DNA of 64,000 bases from an uncultured Acidimicrobiales bacterium (GTDB lineage Bacteria > Actinomycetota > Acidimicrobiia > Acidimicrobiales > UBA10347): assembly GCA_943788915.1 (NCBI GenBank), contig CALSSD010000009.1, forward strand, positions 1-64,000, in the 5' to 3' direction. A program made the translations under genes and the position numbers. Of this stretch, positions 19,289 through 28,804 are shown one piece after another. The notes beneath the pieces were generated by a model, which searched no databases, was not told where the DNA came from, and was given only the letters and a program-made list of their open reading frames with translations. Each line of letters starts with the position of its first letter. The stretch's first letter is position 1.

Positions 19289-19891
19289 TTAGGGCATGTA
19301 GGCGACAATGACCGGTACGTCGGTATCGGTCCATGTGGCCGACAACGTCGCTGAGAAGTCGTCTGGCTCTGGCGTGCTCAGGCCGTGGCGAACCACCACC
19401 TGGATTGCGCCAGCGTCGATCAGCGTCTCGGCGTCGAACGTCTCGGCATAGACGCCGGAGATCTCGGGAACGTCGGCATCGGGCGCGCCACTGCCACGCA
19501 CTGTTGCGGTGGGCTCGCGAAACAATCGGCCCTCGTCTGACTCGAAGTACTGCTCGACCTCGGTGCCACCAGTGAGCATGGCCCGAACAAGTTCGACGAC
19601 GTAGACCGGGTCGGCACAGGCGTTGTATACCCAGCGTGTTCCCAGGACCGAGTGTTCTATTGTGCCAAGCGCCCACTCTTCGGCACCGTCCAACGGCTCC
19701 GAGCGATAGGTGACCGGCAGATGCAGCACACCATCAGCACCGTCGGACACAAGATGGGTCTCGATCCCCACCTGGCCTGCGGGATCATCGAATCGATACG
19801 AGCCGAGCAGCTCAAGCCCGCCTCGATTCAGATAACTGCCGAGCAGGTCAAGTTTCGACGGTTGCAACGTAGCCCGGTGTAAAAGTGCCAT
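19289..19891 (-). CDS. Maltokinase N-terminal cap-like (CG0192-related) protein
   Basis: MALLHRATLQPSKL, YRFDDPAGQVGIE, GTIEHSVLGTRWVY. Confidence 0.8.
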   Translation of the reverse strand: MALLHRATLQPSKLDLLGSYLNRGGLELLGSYRFDDPAGQVGIETHLVSDGADGVLHLPVTYRSEPLDGAEEWALGTIEHSVLGTRWVYNACADPVYVVELVRAMLTGGTEVEQYFESDEGRLFREPTATVRGSGAPDADVPEISGVYAETFDAETLIDAGAIQVVVRHGLSTPEPDDFSATLSATWTDTDVPVIVAYMP

Positions 19892-20018
19892 GCCGGGAAC
19901 CCTAGTGGTGTGGTTCCCAAGCCGAGGTTGGCTTTCTTATGAAACTTCGACCCGCATAAGCCCGGCGCGCGAGGAACAGCACGGTCGGTGTCGACCACGT
20001 GTGGATAGTTGCCCGGAT

Positions 20019-21620
20019 CTAGGCGCCGACCTTGTCCCGCTTGACCACCACGCCGGCCTCTTCTCGATCCCAGGTGTCGGCGGTGATGCCGTCGGCTTTG
20101 AGCACGACCTTGCGGACCTTCTGGGTTGGCGTCTTTGGCAGCTCGTCGACCATACGGATATACCGAGGCAACATGAAATGGGCCATACGTGGCCGCAAGA
20201 ATTCGAATAACTCAAGTGGGTCGATCGTCTGGCCTGCCACTGGTGCAACCACCAGCATGACATCGTCTTCGCCCAGATCACTTGGCACCGCGATGGCTGC
20301 CGCTTCGAGGACCGTGGCGAATGCATGCACTTCGCTCTCGACTTCGAACGAAGAGATGTTCTCGCCCCGTCGCCGAATGGCGTCCTTGATCCGGTCAACA
20401 AAATAGAAGTAGCCGTCTTCGTCGTAGCGGAACCCGTCGCCGGTGTGAAACCAGCCATTTCGCCATGCCTCGGCGGTGGCTTCAGGGTTCTTGTAGTAGC
20501 CATGGTTCATGGCCCACGGCGCATCGGTCCGCAGGATGAGCTCGCCAGTTTCGCCAGGAGCCACCTGGCAATCATTCTCGTCGACCACTCGAGCTTCGAC
20601 CCCTGGCCGAGGTTTACCACAGGTGCCAGGCTCAGGTGGATAGGGATCCGACACCATCGGCGATGAAACCTCGGTCATATTGAACGTGGTCCGCATCTCG
20701 ATGCCGAAACGACGCCCGACCTCCATCGCGTCTTCGTTCCACGGCACACACGTGGCCTTGACCATCGTGTGTTGTCTGTCGTCGTCGCTTGGCGGCACCT
20801 TCATCAAGAACGGGATCATGGCACCCAGCAGACAGATTCCTGTCAGCTCGTGGCTCCGCACCGTGGGCCAAAACTCATCGGTCTTGAAGTGTGTGTCCAC
20901 GAAACAAGATCCGCCAGTGGCGAACGTAATGATCACGAAGATAGTGCCGCCAACATGAAACAGCGGCAGGTTGATAAACCAACGATCGGTGTCATCAATG
21001 TGCGAATTCGCCTGAGGCCCCATGGCATAACCCTGCAGGTACGACGACAACACCGCTTTGGACGGGCCAGTCGTGCCCGACGTGAAGATGATGTACTGCG
21101 TATCCCACGGCACAATGTCGTTCGGCATCTGCGAGAGCCCGATTTCGGGCAACAACGCGTCGGCCGAATGCACCTGTTGATTGGTCAGGCTCGCTGTGCC
21201 ATGGGTCACGATGACATCGGTCAACGCGCCGGTGTTTATGTCGTTCAGCCGCGGTGCAAGATCAACATGGCACACCGCCAGCTTGGCATCGGACAGTGTC
21301 ACGAGGTGCTCAAGCAGGTTGCCCTTGTACGCGGTGTTCATCGGCACGTACACCGCACCGAGGTAGTTGAGACCGAACCAGGTCAGTAACGCTTCACGAT
21401 TGTTGGGCTGCCACGACAACACATGGTCGCCCTTCTGCACCCCTAAGTCCTGCAAGCCTTTGGCCGCTCGTTGGGTGAGCCCAAGTGTGTCAGACCAAGT
21501 CCAGGTCTCACCACCATCGAGGATGATCGCAATATCGTTGGGTTTCTCAGATGCCCACCGCTCGATCTGATACCCAAGGATACAGGCCTCGGGCGCAGGG
21601 ATACGGGGATCGAAAACCAT
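20019..21620 (-). CDS. AMP-dependent acyl-CoA ligase (crotonobetaine/carnitine-CoA ligase-like)
   Basis: IIFTSGTTGPSK, FNMTE, WFHTGD, DRIKDAIRRRGENISSFEVE, PKTPTQKV. AGGAG RBS. Confidence 0.93.
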   Translation of the reverse strand: MVFDPRIPAPEACILGYQIERWASEKPNDIAIILDGGETWTWSDTLGLTQRAAKGLQDLGVQKGDHVLSWQPNNREALLTWFGLNYLGAVYVPMNTAYKGNLLEHLVTLSDAKLAVCHVDLAPRLNDINTGALTDVIVTHGTASLTNQQVHSADALLPEIGLSQMPNDIVPWDTQYIIFTSGTTGPSKAVLSSYLQGYAMGPQANSHIDDTDRWFINLPLFHVGGTIFVIITFATGGSCFVDTHFKTDEFWPTVRSHELTGICLLGAMIPFLMKVPPSDDDRQHTMVKATCVPWNEDAMEVGRRFGIEMRTTFNMTEVSSPMVSDPYPPEPGTCGKPRPGVEARVVDENDCQVAPGETGELILRTDAPWAMNHGYYKNPEATAEAWRNGWFHTGDGFRYDEDGYFYFVDRIKDAIRRRGENISSFEVESEVHAFATVLEAAAIAVPSDLGEDDVMLVVAPVAGQTIDPLELFEFLRPRMAHFMLPRYIRMVDELPKTPTQKVRKVVLKADGITADTWDREEAGVVVKRDKVGA

Positions 21621-21720
21621 GTGCACTCCTGAGTGTCTATGCAGCCAGCGGCCGCTCATCTCGGGTTTATCACATGGCCAGTGCTGCAAAGAAGAGCTGG
21701 ACGAGTAGCCCGTTGATTCC

Positions 21721-22998
21721 TCACGCAACACCGTCACCACGGTCTACGGACGACTCGCTGCCGAGGGATACATCGAAGGACGAGCCGGGGCGGGTAGTTA
21801 TGTCAGTGCCGGTGTCTTCGGCGACACGCACTCTCGCCAGCGACCTGCCGCATTGTTGCCGGCCGCAAACGCTGCTGCCTCGGCTGTTGCATGGTCGCTC
21901 GGAGGTTTCGACGAAACTCCACCCACCTTCGACCTCCGCACCGGGCGACCCGACCCGGCCCTGTTCCCACTCGTCGAATGGCGACGATGCATGACCACAG
22001 CGATGCAAACAGCACCCGGCGGTTACGGACATCCTGCAGGCATCCCAGCACTACGCCGCGTTATCGCCCATTGGGTTGGCCGATCCCGAGCGGTCGAGGC
22101 AAGCCCAGATCAGGTCATCATCACCGCCGGCGCCCAACAAGGCATCGACCTGGTGACCCGACTGGTTGTCACACCTGGTCGCATCGTTGCCGTCGAAGAC
22201 CCTGGGTATCCACCTGCTGCCGGGCTGCTTGCCGCCTCCGGAGCTCAGATCGCGCCTGTTCCGGTGGATTCCGAAGGCATTGTTGTCGACCAGATCCCAG
22301 TGGATAGCTCCATGGTCTACACCACTCCCTCACATCAGTCGCCGACTCGAGTGACCATGAGCATGGCCCGTCGCCGTGAACTACTGCACTTCGCCGACGA
22401 CCACAATGTCGCCATCATCGAAGATGACTATGACTCCGAGTATCGCCATTCCGATCGTCCGCTCGAACCGCTCCACCGACTCGATACTCAGGGCCGGGTG
22501 ATCTACGTGGGCACCTTCTCCAAAACGCTTTCACCGTCGCTGCGGCTCGGGTTCGTGGCGCTTCCCCACTCGCTTGTGAGTCATGCGATTGCACTACGTT
22601 CCTTGATTGATTGGCAACCGCCGGTCACGGTGCAAGAAACGCTGCTGCCATTCATCGTCGACGGACAACTCGACCGACACCTTCGTCGCACCCGCAAGGT
22701 CTACACCGAACGCCATCAAATGGTCACGGACTTGGTGCACGAAGGTGCCGAGGCTGGGCTACTTGTCTCCCCCAGCCCCAGCCATGCCGGCCTACACATC
22801 ACCCCGCTTCTGCCCACTGGAACCGATGAAGTAGCCGTGGTCGCACGGGTCCGAGCGAACGGTGCTGCACTAGGCAATCACGTTCAGTGTTGGCTACGAC
22901 ACGACCCACCGGCCGGGCTCCTCATTGGGTTTGGAGCCACCCCGACCGCCAGGCTGCCGGCAGCCCTGCCAGCCCTGCGACAGGCCCTCGCCGGCTAA
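21721..22998 (+). pseudogene. MocR/GabR-type PLP-binding regulator lacking the start of its GntR wHTH
   Basis: In-frame SRNTVTTVYGRLAAEGYI (wHTH C-half) lies upstream of the AAT domain (EDPGY, TPSHQ, EDDYDSE, GTFSKTL). In-frame TAG at 21706 and no start codon before the wHTH remnant. Confidence 0.8.
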
Positions 22999-23918
22999 CC
23001 CAAGGCATTCCACCACGGCTCGAGGTCAAGCCTCGGATAGATGCGCTGCATAGCATCGAGCACTTCGGCTGTCCAGAACTCATGACCTGGTAACGGCACG
23101 TCGAAGAGTGCCAGTTCCTCGGGAGTGCACGTTTCCGCGAACGCTACAAAATCGGGCCTGGTCACCAGTGGTCCTTGCGCATCGAAGTTGATCCATGACA
23201 CGTGCGCTGGCCGAAACGACACCGCAACCACATGGCGCTCGACACCAATCGGGATATCGACACCCCGGTGCCACACATCGGATCGATACGCAAACAACGA
23301 CCCCGCAGGTCCAGCGGCACTGATCTCACCGTCGTACAAATGAGGGGCGTCCTCTCGACTCGCGGGGCCCTGTGAGGTACCCGAACCTCCGAGCCCTTCG
23401 CCCACGCCCATGCCACTGCGACCCGCAACAGTCGCAGGCACAGCCCGCGGCGCGCCTGTATCAGCACTGACGTCGTGCAGATACAGGAAACACTCCAGAT
23501 GCCCCCAACCTGGCCCCTGCCGGACGGGCACCAGCGAGTGGTTCCGATCCAGATGATGCGGCTGCTCATAGTTGGTGTGTTCGCCGTATTTCGACCAGAC
23601 GCGTGCTTGATAGATCCGAAGATCGTCGGTTTTCAAGACAGCCTTGGCGAAGTCGACGATCGCCGGATGCACGAAGAGGCGGTTCAGCTGAGGTGCGTCT
23701 GGGTAAGGAAATAGGGTCGTGCCATCGAACTGCTTGACTCGGAAACGCCCTAGATCCGAGGGCTGATCAGCTCGCGGGATCACGGTGGTGATCTGCGTCT
23801 CGATCTCGTCTCGAGGTCGGATTTCGGCCAATGCGGCCCCGACCTCCTCAGCGGAGACAAGACCCTCGGCCACAACCCATCCGTTGGTCTTCCATTGCTC
23901 GGCGAGGTCGTCGATCAC
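22995..23918 (-). CDS. Phytanoyl-CoA dioxygenase family 2OG-Fe(II) oxygenase
   Basis: EQWKTNGWVV, HxD (HLD), YLHDV, WHRG. Confidence 0.85.
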   Translation of the reverse strand: MIDDLAEQWKTNGWVVAEGLVSAEEVGAALAEIRPRDEIETQITTVIPRADQPSDLGRFRVKQFDGTTLFPYPDAPQLNRLFVHPAIVDFAKAVLKTDDLRIYQARVWSKYGEHTNYEQPHHLDRNHSLVPVRQGPGWGHLECFLYLHDVSADTGAPRAVPATVAGRSGMGVGEGLGGSGTSQGPASREDAPHLYDGEISAAGPAGSLFAYRSDVWHRGVDIPIGVERHVVAVSFRPAHVSWINFDAQGPLVTRPDFVAFAETCTPEELALFDVPLPGHEFWTAEVLDAMQRIYPRLDLEPWWNALG

Positions 23919-24009
23919 GTCACGGAAGTTAGCCGACGAGCGCTCTCGACTGTTCAGCTTCCAGATCCGCTCGGATCAACCGGGGTCTGGAGCGACGATC
24001 AGTCCGGGA

Positions 24010-24921
24010 TCAGGCGACGATTTCGACGATCGTGCCGATTGGGACGGAGTCGGCAATGAAGCTGATGACCTCGTTGGGGACGCGAACACAACCCGATGAC
24101 ACATACTGACCCATCAACTCGGGTTGATTGGTTCCGTGCAGCGCCAGCTTTGGCATACCACCACCGAACGTGCCCAAGGATTCACTAAAGGCCGCAATAC
24201 TCAGCACCCAGTCGCCGTAGGCAGGGCTCAGACTGGCGCCAGGAATCTTCTCGTCAATGTAGGCCCGCACCACTGGTGTGGGCCTGCTTTCTCGACCGCT
24301 CACGGCAATCTGCTCGATGAGCAAATCTTCACCTCGGTAGACGTTCACCGTGTTCTCAGACACATCAATGATGATGTGATAGTTGTGCGACTCTTTTGTG
24401 AAGAACGCAGTCTGGACCCACGCGGTGCTTCCGTTGGGCCGAACAGGAAGCAGCACCTTTGCCCAGTTGCCAGAGTCATCGAATTCTTCGGCCAGCAGAG
24501 TCAGCCGATTACCGAAAGCGGTCTCTGCCAGAAGTGGGTACTCAAGCTCGATGTTGTCGAACGTGTTGATGTCGTAGATCGTTGTCTGATTCCCGTTTGG
24601 AGCATCGAAGGTCGGCACCAGCACAACATCGTCGTTTACGTACAACACATCAACGTTCCACGGGTCTTCATCGTCGACAGCAACGGTTGGCTCGACAGCG
24701 ACGGTTGGCTCCGCTGCATCGTCGCTCACCAACGGAATAGGCGCAGTCGTTGCGATCGGAGCCGGTTCTCCACCAGCGTCTTCGCCATCAGCTGAGAGAT
24801 CGGGTTGTGTCGTATCGGAGTCAGCTGCTGCTTCATCGCTTCCGCCGCCGCATGCAACGGCAAGCATGGCCATCAATACGACAACCGCAAGGGTTTTGAC
24901 TACTCGCTCGTGTTTCGTCAT
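24010..24921 (-). CDS. L,D-transpeptidase (YkuD domain) lipoprotein
   Basis: Lipobox LAVAC, PVRPNGSTAWV, LHGT...SSGCVR. Confidence 0.9.
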   Translation of the reverse strand: MTKHERVVKTLAVVVLMAMLAVACGGGSDEAAADSDTTQPDLSADGEDAGGEPAPIATTAPIPLVSDDAAEPTVAVEPTVAVDDEDPWNVDVLYVNDDVVLVPTFDAPNGNQTTIYDINTFDNIELEYPLLAETAFGNRLTLLAEEFDDSGNWAKVLLPVRPNGSTAWVQTAFFTKESHNYHIIIDVSENTVNVYRGEDLLIEQIAVSGRESRPTPVVRAYIDEKIPGASLSPAYGDWVLSIAAFSESLGTFGGGMPKLALHGTNQPELMGQYVSSGCVRVPNEVISFIADSVPIGTIVEIVA

Positions 24922-25069
24922 TCGTCCTACCTGGATCAGGGCGTGTGGGGGAAACGCCAACGATGAGTATCAACGTCCGGACCGAACGCTGAGATAAAAG
25001 AGGCCGGTTGTCACGAAACCGTAAGAAAAAAACCGGGAGATTCAGGCCAATGTCTGATCCGGGCAAACG

Positions 25070-25105
25070 AAAAGAGCCCTACCAGCGATCACGGCTGGCA
25101 GGGCT
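25070..25105 (-). terminator. Intrinsic terminator of the acyl-CoA dehydrogenase gene
   Basis: Minus strand AGCCCTGCCAGC-loop-GCTGGTAGGGCT followed by CTTTT. Confidence 0.65.
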
Positions 25106-25147
25106 GCTCATGCTCGCCTTGTGTTCGAATACGCTCGGAACTGCCGC

Positions 25148-26374
25148 CTAAGCGTTGGCTGGTTTAGGTTCCTTAGGCAGACCCAACACCATTTCGCCAA
25201 CAATGTTGCGTTGCACCTGTGATGTGCCGGCGTAGATGGTTCCTGCACGGGCGTTGTAGAATGTACCGACCCATGAAGCGGAGCTATTCGGTGAGCCCGG
25301 CAGGTCTGTACTGAACGAGGTCATCGGCTGCTGGCCTTCGATCCACATGGCATCGGCCCCCAGAATGTCGACGGCGAGTTCGGTCACGGCCTTGTGGTAC
25401 TCGGACCAATACAGCTTGAACAGTGACTCGCTTGGTCCCGGCGTGGCGCCCTTAATGAACCGAGTCAAGGTGCCCAGACCCATGTAGCGCATGATCTCAA
25501 CCTTGCTATAGGCCTCGGCCAGCCGCTGCCGGATGACCGGATCGTCGCTGACGCCACGTTCCTTCGCCATCGCAAATAGGCGATCTAGCTCGCTACGGAA
25601 GGCGATCGGTGTGGTCGCTGCTGCTTCGCCTCGTTCATAACCAAGCAGTGTCATGGCAACACCCCAGCCGCCGTTGACTTGACCGACAACGTTTTCTTTG
25701 GGGGTGCGAGCGTCGGTGAAGAACGTTTCGTTGAACTCGCTTTCGCCAGACATCATGGCGATCGGACGTACGTCGACGCCGGGCTGTTCCATGGGGCAGA
25801 GCAAGAAACTGATGCCCTTGTGCTTCGACGATGTGAAGTCGGTGCGGCACAGGACAAAGATCCAGTTGGCGCTCATGCCGGCCGAGGTCCAGATCTTCTG
25901 GCCGTTGATGACCCATTCGTCGCCGTCGAGTTCGGCCTTGCACATCAGAGCAGCCAAGTCGCTACCTGCGTTTGGTTCGCTGTAGCCCTGGCAGAAGACG
26001 TATTCACCAGAAATAATCTTGGGGAGAAAGTCTGCCTTCATCTCGTCGGAGCCCCAGTTCAAAATGGTGTTACCAACCATCTGAATACTGAAGGCATCAT
26101 TGTTGCCACCGGTGGGCACACCGGCCTTCAAGAACTCTTCGGCCATGATGACCTTTTCAAGAGCAGTCAGGCCGCCACCGCCGTATTCGGCTGGCCACGA
26201 CGGAGCCAACAGGCTGTTGGCCGACAAGATCGAGCGCCACTCGGCGGTGAAGGTTGCGAGCTGTTCCGGAGAAAGCGCACCCATACCCTTCCAATCAGCG
26301 GGAAGGTGCTCGCCGAGAAAGGCGACCATCTTCTCTCGGTAGGCTTCGGCTTCTTCGCTGTACTTGGGATCCAT
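25148..26374 (-). CDS. Acyl-CoA dehydrogenase
   Basis: FCQGYSEPNAGSDLA, INGQKIWTS, TIYAGTSQVQRNI. Confidence 0.95.
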   Translation of the reverse strand: MDPKYSEEAEAYREKMVAFLGEHLPADWKGMGALSPEQLATFTAEWRSILSANSLLAPSWPAEYGGGGLTALEKVIMAEEFLKAGVPTGGNNDAFSIQMVGNTILNWGSDEMKADFLPKIISGEYVFCQGYSEPNAGSDLAALMCKAELDGDEWVINGQKIWTSAGMSANWIFVLCRTDFTSSKHKGISFLLCPMEQPGVDVRPIAMMSGESEFNETFFTDARTPKENVVGQVNGGWGVAMTLLGYERGEAAATTPIAFRSELDRLFAMAKERGVSDDPVIRQRLAEAYSKVEIMRYMGLGTLTRFIKGATPGPSESLFKLYWSEYHKAVTELAVDILGADAMWIEGQQPMTSFSTDLPGSPNSSASWVGTFYNARAGTIYAGTSQVQRNIVGEMVLGLPKEPKPANA

Positions 26375-26457
26375 TTGTACTCCTCTTGGAGCCTGACGTT
26401 ATCGCTATGTGCCACTCACTCTGGCGTTAGATGCGATGGAATTCTGCGAGAAATTTC

Positions 26458-27417
26458 ATGGAAAACTGCTTGTTCACTGACATCGAAACCTCGTTCGATA
26501 AGACCGTCGCGCACGTGGCCCCAGAACAGGGCATCGATCCCATCTGTTCGACCTCACATTGGATCGTCCCGGTCGCCAATTCGTTCTCGGGCCAGGCCCT
26601 ACATCAGGTCTTTCGTAGCCGAGCCGGTTATGTAGCCCTGATCGAACACGAAACACCGAACGGCCCGGTCTTGTCATCGTTCGACGCTGTGTGGGGCTTC
26701 GCAACTCCGTTCATAGGCGTAGACCCAACAGCGCTGGTTCTCGATGTGGCAGATCTACTCCCTCGTCTCGACTTCTACGCCCTCACGGTGTCTGGTTTGG
26801 ATCCTATAAGTCCGCTGTTTGACGAAGTCCAACAACTTGGGCCCGCAGGTTTCACCGACACGGCCGATCGATGCATCGCCGACCTCTCGGACGGTTTCGG
26901 GCCGTGGATCGATCGACGTTCGACCCGCTTCCGGCGCTCGTTACGAGCCGCTGCGAATCGTTGCGAGTCCGCTGGCATCACTATTGAGACCCTTCGACCG
27001 ACGGTAGAGGAGGTCACCCAGGTCTTCGACCGGCTACTCGCAGTAGAGAAGACCAGCTGGAAGACCGACGTTGCCTCGGGCCTCGTCGACACTGACCTTG
27101 GCGTCTTCACCTTGGCGATGGCCCACAGTTTCGCTGACGTGGGTGCATTGCGGGTGCAGTTCGCCCGTCTCGATGGCACCGACGTTGGTTACGTGATCGG
27201 TGCACGACTCGACGACCGTTACCGCGGCTTCCAACACAGCTTCAACCAGAACTTCCCCGAACTATCGATCGGCAAACTGCTGCAGTTCCATACGATCGCA
27301 GCCCTCGCGAACGAGGGTGTCACCATCTACGACATGGGCATGCATATGGCGTACAAGGTAAGTTACGCCGATCGCATCGAGTCAACAGTCACCGCGATAA
27401 TCCCTAAACGCTCATAA
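26458..27417 (+). CDS. GNAT-family acetyltransferase (CelD/BcsL-like)
   Basis: RFRRSLR, VEKTSWK, LSIGKLL, YDMG...YK. Confidence 0.75.
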   Translation: MENCLFTDIETSFDKTVAHVAPEQGIDPICSTSHWIVPVANSFSGQALHQVFRSRAGYVALIEHETPNGPVLSSFDAVWGFATPFIGVDPTALVLDVADLLPRLDFYALTVSGLDPISPLFDEVQQLGPAGFTDTADRCIADLSDGFGPWIDRRSTRFRRSLRAAANRCESAGITIETLRPTVEEVTQVFDRLLAVEKTSWKTDVASGLVDTDLGVFTLAMAHSFADVGALRVQFARLDGTDVGYVIGARLDDRYRGFQHSFNQNFPELSIGKLLQFHTIAALANEGVTIYDMGMHMAYKVSYADRIESTVTAIIPKRS

Positions 27418-27583
27418 GACCCGAGGCCAAAGAGACGGCCCACCCCCACGCCACGCGGGGTCAGACCCCACGTCACGCGGGGTCAGACCCCAGAGAACAC
27501 GCGTGTCTGCGGAACGTTGCAGCAGTCGTTGCGAGACAGACCCTCCGTCTCGCGGGGTCAGACCCCACGTCACGCGGGGTCAG

Positions 27584-28711
27584 GGTCGGTTCATGGGGTG
27601 ACGGCTGCAGTTAGGGCTTGAGGTTCCACTGGTTGAAGAGCGATACAGGCGAAACTGCCTGCTCTCACACGAACCCCAACCAGTGGAGTGTCCAGCATGC
27701 CATCCAATCCGTTGACTGTCTTTGATCGTGAGGAAATCCGGGCTGGGATCGAGCGGAAAGATCCTGATGAGGTGATCGCTGCTGGCCTGGGCCGTCATCG
27801 GTGCACGATCAACGCTGAGATCAGACGCAACGGCGGCCGTAAGGCCTATTCGGCGGTGAGCGCTGGGCAACGAGCAGTGTGTGAACGTAAACGCCCAAAG
27901 ACACCGAAATTGATTGCAGACCCAGGGCTGGCTCGTGAAGTCGGGCGCCGGTTGAAGGCTAAGGATTCCCCGAAGCGGATCTCGATTGAACTCGCTGCTG
28001 AGGGTCACCATATTTCTCATGAATGCATCTATCAGGCCATCTACAACCCAGAGTCAGGTCTTGAATCGGGATGCCATCACGGTCTGCATCTGAGACGTCA
28101 ACGCCGCAAACACCGCGGCCGCACAACGCCTGGCGGTCATTCATTGGGTGAGTTCAACCCAATCAGCGCACGGCCAGCTATTGCTGATGAACGGGTCGAG
28201 GTCGGTCATCTTGAAGGCGATCTGATTGTCGGTGCGATGAACCGCTCCGCCATCATCACCGTGTTTGATCGCACCACCAGATACCTCTGGCTCCAAAAAC
28301 TCGGTTCCAAAAGTGCAGATGACACGTTCACAGCAATGCTCATACTCTTGACACGCATCCCGGCCCGGTTACGCCTGACCATGACATGGGACCAAGGTGC
28401 AGAAATCGCACGCTGGGCCAAACTCACCCGACGCCGAAACATCGACATCTACATCGCCGACCCCAAAGCGCCATGGCAGCGACCCACCAACGAAAACGGC
28501 AACGCACTCGTACGCCGCTACGTCGGCAAAGGCACCGACCTATCGATCTACACCACCCGCCAACTACGACACATCGAACAACGGATCAACACCACCCGCC
28601 AACTACGACACATCGAACAACGGATCAACACCATCCCCCGACCCACCCTCAACTGGGCCACCGCCCACGACATCTACACTCACACTGTCGCGATGACCAG
28701 ATGAACCGACC
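27584..28711 (+). mobile_element. IS30-family insertion sequence
   Basis: IRs GGTCGGTTCAT... / ...ATGAACCGACC with a 3-bp CAG target duplication (27581-27583 and 28712-28714). Confidence 0.92.
27697..28704 (+). CDS. IS30-family transposase with an in-frame 39-bp duplication
   Basis: SHECIYQAIY, GHLEGDLIVG, TWDQGAE, PWQRPTNENGN. TTRQLRHIEQRIN occurs twice. Confidence 0.95.
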   Translation: MPSNPLTVFDREEIRAGIERKDPDEVIAAGLGRHRCTINAEIRRNGGRKAYSAVSAGQRAVCERKRPKTPKLIADPGLAREVGRRLKAKDSPKRISIELAAEGHHISHECIYQAIYNPESGLESGCHHGLHLRRQRRKHRGRTTPGGHSLGEFNPISARPAIADERVEVGHLEGDLIVGAMNRSAIITVFDRTTRYLWLQKLGSKSADDTFTAMLILLTRIPARLRLTMTWDQGAEIARWAKLTRRRNIDIYIADPKAPWQRPTNENGNALVRRYVGKGTDLSIYTTRQLRHIEQRINTTRQLRHIEQRINTIPRPTLNWATAHDIYTHTVAMTR

Positions 28712-28804
28712 CAGACCCCAGAGAACACGCGTGCCTGCGGAACGTTTCGGTAGTCGTTGCGAAACAGCCCGCAGGGGCGGGGTCTGAGTCCGTATCCTGT
28801 TGCG

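Larger units (their letters stand above)
27454..28790. repeat. REP-like GGGGTCAGACCCC palindromes in two ~97-bp tandem units; the second unit is split by IS30
   Basis: Palindrome at 27457, 27479, 27554 and 27576 (interrupted). Unit tail AGAGAACACGCGTG.CTGCGGAACGTT occurs at about 27492 and 28720. Confidence 0.8.

Noticed and set aside
27454..27583. CRISPR array
   Set aside because: 13-bp palindromes with repeated, non-unique spacers and no cas genes.
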